A stretch of 64,000 nt of DNA from Octopus vulgaris (Eukaryota), in contig OX597817.1 of NCBI GenBank assembly GCA_951406725.2, forward strand, positions 111,600,001 to 111,664,000, given 5' to 3'. Each line of letters starts with the position of its first letter. Within the stretch, counting starts at the first letter, position 1. Under the pieces are notes generated by a model. The model ran no database searches, had not been told where the DNA came from, and saw only the letters and a program-made list of their open reading frames with translations. A program made the translations under genes and the position numbers. This document shows, in pieces, positions 29,214 to 44,355 of this stretch.

Positions 29214-30818
29214 TAAGATTTGAAGGAATAGAGGTGGGTACAATGAACTTGCTTATATTGGTGGTTTGAATGGTAGGTAGCTCGATTTGTGTGTTTTTAC
29301 TGTTTACCCCAAGATCAGCAAAGTTTAATAGGATCTGTGACCAAATTATTCCAACCGTAACCATGTTGTTTTTCAAGTGTTAAAGAATCTTAGAACAATA
29401 TTTATTACTCGATGTGTCTTTCTTTAAAACTTCATATTGTAATTTTTGAGGATTTGGCAGCTATTTCTGTCCTTCTTTAAAACTTCATATTGTAATTTAT
29501 GAGGTTTTGACAGCTATTTCAAATAAACTGAGTGACCAAAAATGATTACAATATTAACGAAGAGACAGGTGATGCATCGCTCTTTACCTCTTCGTGGCGC
29601 CTCCCAACTTTTTTCTTTCTTCCAAAATAGACTTTTGCCTCTCTATACTGTCATCCCTTATCTACATTAACAATTGCATTGTATTGGAACTCATCTTCCC
29701 TACACTTCTCAATCTCATACACGCTAAACTGTTTCTTCTTTTTCGGCACCTCTAGCACCATAATAGAATCCAACGATCTCAATCTACTTGCTAGTCACTT
29801 TATGAATCCAAATCTCTTTTATTTTTTTCATGGTCTCTCAGGCTATATCATTGTCTCATCAACTACTGTGTCCCTTAATCGTGAATAGCTCAACTTCTTC
29901 CTTCCTTCCTTCCATTAACTTCCTAGAATTCACATCTACCATCTCCATCATATCTGTTTACTTCGTTGTCGCCTCCATTTCTACAACCCGTCTCAACCCT
30001 TCCAACTCCGTTTTTAGCAAACTGACTGACTGACTTCACTGCAACCAACCCGACTAACATTTAATCTGTGATTCTCTCTGACACATCCTCGATTTCCTCT
30101 GTAACCACAACTGCGATTTGGATGTCCAACCACACCTCAAGATCCATCAATAATATTTCCCCACTGTCGGTCGTTGCGCCCGCGCCCCACCTCCTGCTCT
30201 TTATCAAACGCACTACTAACTGTCTATCCATCCACCTCATCTACCATCTTGCGTCCGTAAATCTTCAATATACCATCTTTTGGCATTTCTGTCTCATCCA
30301 AAATCTTTTCCAAAGACACGACAATATACGCGACATTCTGATTCCTAATTTAGTCATCCCACGCTTCACACAGCCTTGGTCATTTGTTTTCTTCGTTTCT
30401 CACTACACCCCTATTCCTTGCCTAAAACATCAACACTCTACGCAAGCACAACCCATGATTTTCTGTCATCCACCGTTTCATCTGTACCTCCAACATTGAG
30501 ATTGCATTAAGTACCAATCTATGACGTTTTGTATATTGGTGAATTGGTTGGCAACTAGGTAATCGTTTTAGGAAACATTTATTGGACTTTCATCGCAACA
30601 TCACCTGATCACCCCGGTCGGCATGTCGTTACTTCATTTCTTCTTGCCGCGCCTATCTCTCTCTTGTGGTGTAGAACATATCAGGAATCCTCCGTTCTTC
30701 GTTTGCATCGCGAACAACAATTAAATGTTCAGCTAAGCACAGCTTACCTAATTGCAACCTAATTGCAAGTAATAATCGAATTATCTTGAACTGCAAACAT
30801 TGCTTTCTCCTGAACTTC

Positions 30819-30871
<53 letters not shown>

Positions 30872-31445
30872 ATAAATGCCCTGTGTGCACTCCTCCATCT
30901 CCATAAACACTTACACATGCACACACACTCATCACCAACGAAGCACCTACACACGCACATATCTCCCAACTACCACCCTCACCACATACAAAGCAGCATA
31001 CTACATCCACCCATACACACCAAAACGCACACACAGACTAAACACATTTTTGTACACACATAAACACATGTGTAATACGCCCTCACACTTCATTCAGCCT
31101 CTCCATTCTCTTCTCTCTTATCTCCTTCATCTGTCACTCTTTCCGCCGTAAATCACCATTTTATATACTTCCGTTGTATCTATTTCCGTTTTCTATCCGC
31201 TTTACTGCCTTCCCAATAATCAAAATCTTTTAACCAAATTTTTTTCTCTCATTATCTTGTTGAAAATTCACTGTTCAAAAATTGTGCCGTGTATGTGTGT
31301 GTGTGTGTATGTGTGTGTACACACACACACACCCACACACATACATATATATGCACATATACATACATGTATGTGTGCGCTGTGTGTATGTGTGTATATA
31401 TATATATAAACACACACACACACACACGCATAAACACACTCACTA

Positions 31446-31482
<37 letters not shown>

Positions 31483-31688
31483 GAGAGAGTGAGAGAGAGA
31501 GATGCTCTCTGTCAGTTTTGGCGATGAGGATTTAGCTGTTCGAAATACTGAATTACTTGTAGAAGTGGTCGAACGTTCCACAGACATATCTACCATTAAC
31601 GTAACCCACAGTAGAATCAATGAGATAAGGCTTCCGCACAGTTTCCGTCTATCCAAAATCACTGGGTCGTTTAGAATCAAAAGTAAAG

Positions 31689-31758
<70 letters not shown>

Positions 31759-31764
31759 CTTATA

Positions 31765-31990
31765 AGTAAGGGCTAAAGAAAATTATTTCAATGCCAATAT
31801 GCTGATAACAGACTATTAAATCATCAATTTCCACATATAATTTACTCGCTACAGAAAAAAACCGAAGAGCTGAAGTCAGGTAAGCTGGCCGATAGAATTT
31901 TTTTAAAATTCGTTATTTCTATATTGAATCAATTTCGGAATTAATCTAATAAAAGACTTATTCCTCCTCAGTAGAACTTACGAAAGGATA
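31765..31990 (-). repeat. pLTR-like repeat family with hammerhead-like motif (second copy about 63725-63920)
   Basis: The two regions align by eye; both carry CTGAGGA-stem II-GAAA on the minus strand (31922-31975 and 63857-63908) and adjoin (TA)n arrays. Confidence 0.55.
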
Positions 31991-32474
31991 TAAATAAGAT
32001 ACTTACATGCGCCCATTGAAAAAGCCAAAGCAAAAAACATGAGTACATTTAAGTACCCCAGATATATCTAAAAATAAAATTCTTTGGTCAGCCTCAGTAC
32101 AACGTGTTGACTGTTCCCCACTACAGGTTATAGAGGTTACCAGTCCCTATAGCGAGTAGTATATATATATAAACAAAAAAAAACAGAAAATACTTATACA
32201 AGTTGCTACACAGGGAGATCGAATCCAGGACATTTGACTACAAAGCAAACTTTTTAAATATTCGGCCATGATATATCCACATTGCACGGTGCAGCCCTTA
32301 GCGTCTCCACCTGTCACACTCGGGATCTTTCACCAGGTTAAGGGTGGAAATGCCAAGCAATAAGTGAAAGCATGATACTAACTACTTAGTCATGTTCTTT
32401 TGCAATTGAATAATATAGGATATACATGCATACATACACACACACACGCGCACATACCTATATACATAGATATA

Positions 32475-33380
32475 CGAGGGGGTACCCAAAAGAAACCGGA
32501 ATTGTGCGATATTATTTCGTTCACTTAGTTTTATAGGTTTACACTTTCGTCGCCTTCAAAATATTCTCCATTTGAGGCAATGCATCGGTCCAAATACGTT
32601 TTCCACCATTCAAAGTGGCGCTGAAACTCTTGCGAAGTGATGCCTTTTAACGCCTCCGTCGTCTTTTTCTTCACTTCTTCCACATCTGCAAATCCCGTAG
32701 CATCAGTTTTCGTCACAAGTGATGACCTTCGAAAAAAGATCTGGATCAACTTCCAACTGTTCTTTCAGTCCACGACACGCATTCAGTCGTGACTGCTTAT
32801 CATCTTCCGTGAGCAAGCGAGGCACACATTTTGCTGTAACTCTTTTTATTTGCAATTCTTCGCTCAAAATTCGTTGGCAGGAACTCCATGACACACCAGT
32901 CATATCAACAAGTTCGTCAATTGTTCGGTGACGGTTCTCTAAGATCAGTTCATCAATTTTCATGATGTTTTCATTCTTTCGGGAGGTCGACTGTCGCCCT
33001 GAACGAGATTGCTCTTGAAGAGACAAGTAATCATTCCTAAAGCGTGAAAACCACTCGTAAACTTGTATTATGCTCATGGCAGCGTCCATATTAGCTGTTT
33101 GAAGCAAGACAACTGTTTCGGTCACTGTTTTCCCCAGTAGAAAACAGAATTCCACGGAAGCACACTGTTATTTCGTTTCAGCCATTGTAAAAATCGACGA
33201 ACAGGGAAGAAGCACTGCAAAACAAAGACACATCACGTGGCAGCATGACCTCACTGGACAACGCCAGTTGGCATACTGATGCCTGATGGTCGTATCACGT
33301 GGCTTCTAGCGGCGGAAGCTTGAACTATAATGGGTATGACTTAGAAAGAACGTTTTCGGGTATTTTGGGGTATTCCCTCG
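32475..33380 (-). mobile_element. Internally deleted mariner element with TIRs and TA target duplications
   Basis: TA|cgagggggtaccc...tattccctcg|TA; transposase fragments with RSGRQST, AKCVPRLLT, ITCDE and C-terminal RCIASNGEYFEG. Confidence 0.88.
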
Positions 33381-33538
33381 TATGTATACATGTGTGTATA
33401 TGTGTGTGTGTATATCCACACGCATATAAGTACATACATACATTTATATATGCATACATTTACATGTTTATGTACATGTATACACATGCACATATATATA
33501 TTATTTTAGTCATTTACACAGTTTAGTCATTTGACTAA

Positions 33539-34980
33539 ATTAATTGTAGTTCAAGAACATTTACAGCTGTTTCAGTTTGTTATTTCGAAGTAAATTTGGA
33601 TTTATTTCGTTTCATTTAACAAACATTGAACCAACTAAAAATGAAATGAAAGTTAGATATAATTCCCATCGCTCAAGTTTCAGAAATAGAAGTAAAGCTA
33701 ACTCTACCGGATTAAGTAGTTACATCTGGGAACTGAAAGACAATAACATTAATTATAGATTAGAATGGTACATCCTAGCCAAAACATTTTCATATAACCT
33801 TAAAAATAATCGCTGTAATTTATGCATAAATGAGAAATTCTTTATTTTAATGGCCAAATCATAATTACTAAATAAACGATATGAAAATACATGTTTACAT
33901 AAAGATAAATTCTTATTCTCTAAATACCGCTAATACCTATATTACAGGTTATTAGCTGACGTGCCTAACATCTGATTACCTCCCCTAACTCTCTCCCTTA
34001 TCACAGAGCATAATTTAACATCACATCACAATTAAATTAAATTAACCCGATTAACTGAATTATCTATCTTAAATTCTACGATGTTCACTAGGACATATAA
34101 TTCTCTATAATATATTTACTTTAAAGTTAGATCGCTGACTAACATACCAATTGCTAAGGCGGCCACTAACATAAACATGATTAAACGAGCGATTTAGCTT
34201 ATCCTAGCCGACTGAATTGGTTTTTAATTATATTACGATATCCCACGCTGCACATAACAGCATATTATTTTTTTATTTATATATTTTATTATAATACCTT
34301 TTACGTAACCCAAATTTATACATTGTATCGCACTAACTTTTTAAAAGCATCCTTAAGCATTATAACAAGGGCATTATGTGTAATCATGGGGACTTACTTA
34401 GCGGTCACAAACAGCGTTATATATTACAATTAACAACACCGGATATTACTACCAGGTATAACTTCTTCGACTAACACTGCCGGTCAACTAGTTATTTTCC
34501 CCACTTATTGCTTCATTCATCTAATTGAAGAAACGTACACACACGTGGAACCCAAATAGGGTACATAAACGTAAGCCTAAAGACTTAACGATCATTTCCT
34601 ATTTTCCTTTTCTTTTCATTTCCTTTTTTCTTCTATCTATGTTCCTCCGATAAACTCTAAATCATTCTGACGATGCTTGTTAAATGGAACGAGATAAATG
34701 CAAATTTTCTTTGAAATAAACTGAAACAGCTGTAAATGTTCTTGAACTACAATTAAACTATGACCTTTTAATACCAATGATCAACTTCTAATTGTTAATT
34801 GTTGCTCCATTTCTTTTCTTATCTGAATATATTAAACCATGGTTTTACCATTTAAAGTACCAGCTACTGTTAGCCTTATAGCAAGGCCTATACATAGTGA
34901 GGTAATACACCAGTAGTGCCTACGGACACATTTATCCCTTAGACGGTTGCATAACCTCTAACTTATAATTTATATAAATA
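33539..34980 (+). mobile_element. Naiad-like PLE 3' fragment (GIY-YIG C-terminus plus 3' UTR) with an inverted pLTR segment at its 5' end
   Basis: KVRYNSHRSSF...LSSYIWELKD...RCNLCINEKFFI; 33539-33626 is an inverted copy of 34673-34756. Confidence 0.8.
34663..34738 (+). ncRNA. Type I hammerhead ribozyme in PLE 3' end
   Basis: catt-CTGACGA-(long stem II)-GAAA-cagctg-TA-aatg; palindromic stem III ACAGCTGT. Confidence 0.75.
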
Positions 34981-34987
34981 TATTTAT

Positions 34988-35066
<79 letters not shown>

Positions 35067-35069
<3 letters not shown>

Positions 35070-37106
35070 ATAAAACGGTAAGATAACAAAAGAAAGAAAG
35101 AGACCTCAATATTATGTAAATAGAGGAAATTTATCTATACAATATGTTACATTACTCGGTAGTCAAGATAAAACTCTGAGTTTCAGATGCCGAAGTGGAA
35201 ATCCACAACACCATCTCTTCGGTTATCTGGCTATTTGAAAACGTTATGAAAAAATACCGTTAAAAATGAAGGGAAATTACTCTGTTATAACTCTGCTTTG
35301 CCTGCGTACTTATACATCGCTCGCATTTTTCGTCATAAAAATTATATAAAAATACATAAAAATATATAAAAATATATAAAAATATATAAAATCTTCTTGG
35401 GACATAACACAGAAAGCATGTTCTATCCGTTTTCTTTAGGGGACCAAAAACGTAACAGAAATTTAGTCACATGTGGGCATGATCCGAAAAGCTCTGTCCT
35501 TGTATTTAGACATGTGGTAGGGTCTAAGCTGCTTTTCCAGATAAGCCATCTCTCCATGTCGCATAAACCGCACCTTCCGCTGCCGTTAGTATAGGGCTTA
35601 CATCTGGCCAAAATCTTCCATTGTATGTTATAATCGACACCTTTATCTCTTAAAGACCAAGTATGATTGGATAATTGTGTCGCTTTTCTTTGTTCCAGTG
35701 CCTAAAGCTCAAAGTGTGGTTATTGAACCTGGCCTTGAAATTACCCTCTGTCAGGCCCACGTATTTCTTCGTCGAAATGGTGTCTTTAGTGGTTATAGAG
35801 TTTACGGTAGCTTCATATATGATGGTCTTGGACATGCAAGCTCCATTTAGCGGGCACAATTCTTTATTCCTGCATGAACAGCTGTTTTCTTCTTGTGTTT
35901 TTTGTATGTTATGATTGATTATGTTTTTAAAATTGGTAGTTGAACTAAAACTAATTTTTAAATTGTGTCTATTGAAGAGTTTCCTATAAGCATGGTTAAC
36001 TGGAAAATGTCTCTCTATCAGTGCTAGGAAATATTTACCTATATTGAAGGCCACCTCGGGTGAGTAAGGGGGCGTAAACCAGATGACCTTCCTATTTCTA
36101 TTATTCCTTTTCCTTATTGTTGGGCTGGTGATAGGTGTATATTTTATTTTTCCGCTAAAACCACTATCTTTTAAAGCTTTATTATAAACTGGGGCAACGC
36201 TATTGAAGATGTCCTCATTAGATGAGAGGCTAGAAATCCTCTTACTAATATTTTTAACTAAATTTTTGAATACTATAGGGGGATGGCATGAACCTACATT
36301 AATATAACTTAGTCTATCATTGGGCTTCCTATAAGGCTTATAAATATTATTATTAAGATCTAAGGAAACGTCTAAGAAATTGACAACCGTCAGGTTAGTG
36401 TCTATAGTTATACTAAGTCCGAAGTGTTTCATTAACTGGATAATATCCTTCCTAAAACGATCTTGTGCTGGTCCATTTGTATTAGCTGTTAAGGCGAGGG
36501 CATCATCTTTGTAGATGGCGAAATGTACGTTAGGGAATGTCTTACTGAAGGTATCTAGGAGAAAGAGTCCAATTAGATCACAGATGCCTGCCCCATCATA
36601 TGAACCCATGCTCACATCGAAAGCGCCCTCCGTGTCGGTGTTTTTTACCCACTTTGCATTCTCACTGAAAAGTAATGTCTTTCTAGCATGGAAGATTATA
36701 TCCTTATCATTGGTACTAATTTCTATGAAGTCACTAGCGAAGATTAGGGCTTTATCTAGCAGTTCTTTAGAGATAGAGGCATAAAAATCAACAATATCGA
36801 ATTGTGTAAACCTCGCTTTTTCTTATTCTTAATAGCTTTAAACCAGTCTACGACTTCTATACTATTGGACCATTGCACTAGCCTAGTATCGGTCTTAATT
36901 TTCGTATTTATTTTATCTAAAATTTCTTTGCTAATAATCCCTAGTTCTGACTTGGCTGGGTTGATAAGCCTACATTTAGGGTTGGAAAGGAAGTTTTCTT
37001 TGTGGTCTTTAATAGTAATAAAGGCCTCTTTTTGGGGGAGGGTTTCTATTTTTTTATCTAATTTAAGTTTAGCGGCGATGACGCTAGCTTCTTTATTAAT
37101 TTCGTT
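35067..37106 (-). mobile_element. Naiad-like PLE, left arm of palindrome (frameshifted)
   Basis: Reverse complement of 37170-39145, plus about 65 bp of extra 3' tail at 35067-35131. Confidence 0.92.
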
Positions 37107-37107
37107 T

Positions 37108-39258
<2,151 letters not shown>

Positions 39259-39654
39259 ATGTATCTATGTTTGTATTTTGTGTACTGTTCCGTCATGGTA
39301 AGATCAACAAAAAAAGTACTCCATCTGGTGAGAGATAAATAGTATTTAATAGACATAATACATGTTTTTATGTGCTAATAATAGATTCCTGTGCCGAGAA
39401 CATGCCAAAACATCACCTGTCTGCACATAGATTATCTTGCAAAAAATCTGCAAAGTCAAAACATTTTGATTTACCCGTCCGCCAGTCTTGAAGATAATCA
39501 AACCAAATTTTCATCATTTTGAGTCACTTACACAATGAGTATTTCTGCCAAATTTGGTGAAAATCCGTTCAGCAGTTTTCCAGTAATTTTGCTAAAACAC
39601 AGACAAACAGACTAAAACGAATGATATGATTCTATATTTTTGAGATGAGGAATT

Positions 39655-40670
39655 ATGTACATTATTTACAATGGACGGATAGGTGACCTCACCTTGTTTG
39701 TTGCTACCACAAGTTTCCGCTGAGGTACTCTCCAGACTTCATCAGGTGTTCTGATAGAATTTCGAACCCAACTCTTTATTTACTAATGAGGTACTCTGTT
39801 CTCATTCCTAAGGTATTCTTTTCTTTTTGTTGTTGATACTATTTTTGTGTAGATATTATTTCCCAAGTCTCTGCCTGGGATTGAACTCGGAATCCGAGGA
39901 TTAATAGCCCGCGCTCTTATCCACTATATGCTCGTAGGCAATTACAGAGTGAATTTTAGGGCTTATAATAACAGTTTTTTTCTTCTTAATACCAGTTCCC
40001 ATATTGCATTCATATCTACACTAGGTCTGCTTAGGAGATTATGTGCTGCCTCTTTTAGTTTTCATATTTTCCAGTGGTGTTCTCTGCTTATTATTTTAAC
40101 TTCATCCCACAGGAGTGGCAGTCTCCTTTTTTACCATACATGATCAGCTATACCTGATTTTTCAATTTCTCCTCGTGTCACTGTTTTATGATGTTCCTCT
40201 ACCCTTATTTTCAAGGTGCGGCATGTTTCGTCTTCGTATAACCTACCGCAACTGCATGGGATGGAGCACACTCAGTTTTTGGTCATATTCTCTTCTATGG
40301 GTTGTTTTACTCGGAAGAGATATTTACGCAATGTTCTATTACTTCTGAATACTGTACTGATGTCATATGGACCGCATATCGTTTGTATCTTTTCTGAGAG
40401 GCCTTTGACCTAGGGTAGAGAGACTGTAGTTAGTTTATGGGTTTCATACTTTCTTCTCTTCCTAATTGGAGTGGATATTAGGTTTTCTGGGTAGCATCAG
40501 CAAGAAAAAGAATATCTTAGGAATGAGAACAGAGTACCCCATTAGTCAAATAAAGGGCTGGGTTCGAAATTCCACTTGAACACCTGATGAAGAGTGGAGA
40601 GTACATCAGCCGAAACGCTGTGGTAACAGCAAACAAGGTGAGGACATCTATCCGTCCATTGTAAATAAAG
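39655..40670 (-). mobile_element. Penelope/Poseidon-like PLE 3' fragment (GIY-YIG) bracketed by inverted pLTR copies of about 165 bp
   Basis: Minus strand encodes SIPCSCGRLYEDETCRTLKIRVEEH. 39662-39828 and 40503-40669 are inverted repeats, each with CTGATGA...GAAAC (39706-39750 minus, 40579-40624 plus). Confidence 0.85.
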
Positions 40671-42190
40671 ACGAATGATTACAATACCCTGCTTTCGCTT
40701 ATGCGCGCAGAGTAATTACATTTAATGGAAAGATCACTTAATACTTTTTAACAGAGCCTGTATTAATTTCTACGATAAAAAAGTTGACATTGACTTCGAA
40801 GTTTTGTCTCACTGCCATCATCAGGCTATGACTTATTTTGGTCTTTATGGCCTATAGAGTTTTGGGTTGGGTGTTCCTTCGTTAGGTGGAGTAATGTAAA
40901 AGAAAACTAAGTGTGATATTGGCAAAAGAAAGTTGTTGTTTTGAAAGAAGTAATGGCGAAGGGAAGGAGGAAAGTATATGTTTGAAGGTGGGTGGAAAGA
41001 AAGAGATGATGAAGACATGTTTTCTGGTTTATGTACAGACGTTTTGTTTATTGTTTGCATCACATTGTATGAGAATTGCTTTTACGAGCATAAACTGCTT
41101 GGAAAACTATAACGTACATTTGCCTAGACACGTAATTGCAATTCCTTCGAGAAAAAGCACCCTGATACCTATATGAGTTTCCACTTATCTTAGAAAATCA
41201 GAATGTAAAAATGATATAGAACTTTAGTATACAGACAGCCCACAACCAATCTGTATATAGGTCTGGTATCATTTTCTGTGGCACAAATGATAACGGAGGA
41301 CTAATCTGGCAGAATCGTTAGCATGCCGGGCAAAATGCTTAGCGACATTTCATCCGTTTTCACCTTCAGAGTTCAAATTTCACCGAGATTGACTTTGCCT
41401 TTCATCTTTTCGGGTCAATAAAATATATACCAGTTGAGCACTGGGGTCGATGTAACTGACCTACTCCTCCCACGAACTTGCTTTGTGCCAAAATCTGAAA
41501 CCAATATCAAATCTACGGGTGAAGTTATAGTTGTGGGATCAAAAATTTCCTTCGCAAGTACGTCGTTTCGGATTCAGGCTCCCTGTACGACGCCTTCGTA
41601 AATGTCTTCTACCATAGCCTCGGGTTGACCAAATATTGTAAGTGATTTTGTAAATGAAAACTGTATGGAAGCCCGTCAGACTTAATCCATCACTTTGTTT
41701 AGTTTAACCCTCAAATGATCCTAGGGAACCTTTAGCAAAATCCAGTATACCGTAAGCGTTCGAGGTCGATCTCCGGTTAGTGAATAACTTCTTCCCTTCC
41801 TCCTACCAATGTTAAAGGCACTGCAACGAGGTCATGGCCGCTGCTCTTCTTTCTTTGACTGAACCATAAAAATATTATAATGCTGTTCAAAAGATGGATA
41901 AAAAGCAAAGGAATTACACCTAGCTGTTGCAATAAAAACAAAGTGGCACTTAAAGAATATATGCTATCATTCTATTTATAATTGGTACAAGCTGAATGAA
42001 ACACAACCATTTCTGTAAAGCCATTAAAGGATTAACTATAACGATTGATATAGATACATTCCAGAAAATAGAAGTACTGGCATTTGTAAATATCATTAAA
42101 GTATTCTCACATGGCTTTTGTTAACTTTTTATATTTTTATACTTTTTCAAAACTCAATATATGGGGTTTTTTCTATTTAAACTATGAATG

Positions 42191-42267
<77 letters not shown>

Positions 42268-42816
42268 GATGCAGTACCAGGCAGTGGCTCTCATGGCTTC
42301 TGATCTTAACTGATTGGAAGTGTTATCATGTACATTGTTTTGTCTTGGTATAAAAGATGGGCTACAGCAAATATTCTGCTCAATACCACAGATTTGCTTG
42401 TCAGTTGTTTGACCTTAACCAGTTGAGCATGTCCCTTAGTGGCTGACGATATGTGCATCTCTGATCACGAGCAGAAGTAGTGGGGGAGCATCATAGCCAT
42501 GTGCTGAGAGGGATTCTTTGGGGTTTGAATAATTCACCTCTGGAAACATGGGTGGTTCTTTCAACATCCTTAAACAACCCTTATTCAGGGACCTTTTGAG
42601 CGGGATGGGCTACTCAACCTGAAGAAAATTCTAACTGGGCCCCACCTGCAAGGTCATGTGCTGTTTATCTTGATATGAGATCACCATGTCGCGCACATAT
42701 GGTTGTGATGCATGTGCCTGGTGTACCTTTATCAGACGGGTAGTCATGATGGGTATATTGGGCTTCGTATATTTTACCCCAGTGTCACTTTGATGGCATG
42801 CACTGCTCTCTCACTC
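42268..42816 (+). repeat. Interspersed repeat bounded by (AAT)n arrays, probably a retroposon 3' end
   Basis: GC-richer block between (AAT)n at 42190-42265 and (AAT)(GAT)(AGT) at 42817-42960; no internal evidence of family. Confidence 0.45.
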
Positions 42817-42869
<53 letters not shown>

Positions 42870-42883
42870 TAATAATGATAATA

Positions 42884-42936
<53 letters not shown>

Positions 42937-43901
42937 AATCAGTAGTAGTAGTAGTAGTAGTGTGTTTGTCATGATTCAAAATACGCTTCGTTTAAATGAA
43001 ATAATTTGTCCTCTACAAATAATTTATTTTCACACATCAAATGTTTTGCTTTATCATTTCAGATAATCTTGCTGTCTACTCCCTAACGGATATCGGGGAT
43101 TTGTGAATTAATTAAATTCAAAGAGAAAATGAACAGAAGCTTTGATACACTGCTACCAGATGTGAAATGAAAGGTGCAAACGTAAAAGATAATAGCTTGC
43201 TGTTTGAATCTCTACGTTGAAATACAATTTTCACTGCGTCAACCGACAAATTTTCAGGCGAAATATAAACTTTATAGTAACTTCATTTTCAACTCCCAAT
43301 ATACAATGATCGTGCTTAAGCAAAATCAATTATCAAGCAAGCCAGTGAAAATGCCAGTCACCTGAATTTTCAAAAATAAATCAATATTTTGACATTTACT
43401 CATAGAAAACTTAGAAGATTACAATTATCGTAAATTTCAATAATTGTATTGACCTATAAATTCGTATGGTCAAAAAGAAGAATTTTGTAAACAGTAGAAA
43501 AATCATCATTCAGTCTAACGAAAAGCAAAAGTTGTTTATTTTTAAAATTCAGATCAAACTAATAAAAACAAATCAAGTATTTGAACATTTACAGGGAAGA
43601 GGTGCCACAAAGAAGTGTTTTATAGAATATAATTATCTGAATTTTTACCTCGATACTAACAAGAAAAAAATATTATTTGGACTGCCGATTAAATTTTAAT
43701 GCTTTAAAATTCAATAATAATAATAACAACAACAGCAGCAACAACAACAACAACAATAATAATAATAATATCAACAACAGCAACAGCAACAATAATAATT
43801 ACAATTATGATTACCTTTTTTTCTTTTAGTTAAGCCAAAATCTTATTGTTCTGGCTTAATCAAAGTTCTAAGTTTTATAGTTATATCAGTCAAATTACTT
43901 T

Positions 43902-44355
43902 ATGTGTGGAAAAGACATTCACCAAATGCCACCAAAATACTGTAGAGACCGCAGTGGAACATACCCGTTCCAAGTGTTTAAGCTCATCACATGTTCCATG
44001 TGTTATTATTACATATTCCCATCAACGCCAGTCTTCCAGCAAACCGCTGATTTTAAATTGTCTGTGGCCAACAGAAACTACAGCGAAGCCCCGGATATTG
44101 AAAATAGCACTATTATGTCACGACTGTGTGAAGCTATTGGAGACGTCGACAAATGCAAAAGATGGCAGGCCTGTTGTCTGGTAGCTGTCGATTGTTGTTA
44201 CCGACAAGAGGAAAATGAAAATTCTTCCAGAACTGAAGGAGTTCTTTCCTGCCCACCTACATGGGATGGTTTTAGTTGCTGGCAACGATCTCCGGCAAAT
44301 CAGAGGGTATCTACAAAATGCCCGCATTATGTGCATAAATTCATCACACACGATA
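43902..44355 (+). CDS. Exon of class B1 (secretin-family, calcitonin/CGRP-receptor-like) GPCR: Cys-rich N-terminal extension plus first half of the hormone-receptor (HRM) domain
   Basis: Translation contains CPPTWDGFSCW...S.....VSTKCP, the class B ectodomain CxxxWDxxxCW...CP signature. The exon ends at donor A|GTAAGT (GT at 44356, phase 1). Candidate acceptors lie upstream at 43828-43829 (tttttttcttttag) and 43879-43880, so the exact 5' boundary is uncertain. Confidence 0.9.

Noticed and set aside
29415-29520. Tandem duplication of about 50 bp (also about 108 bp at 4684-4890)
   Set aside because: Simple local duplications with no further structure.
29570-30500. ORFs at 29679-30499
   Set aside because: Probably antisense to a very decayed LINE; no motif is clear enough to call.
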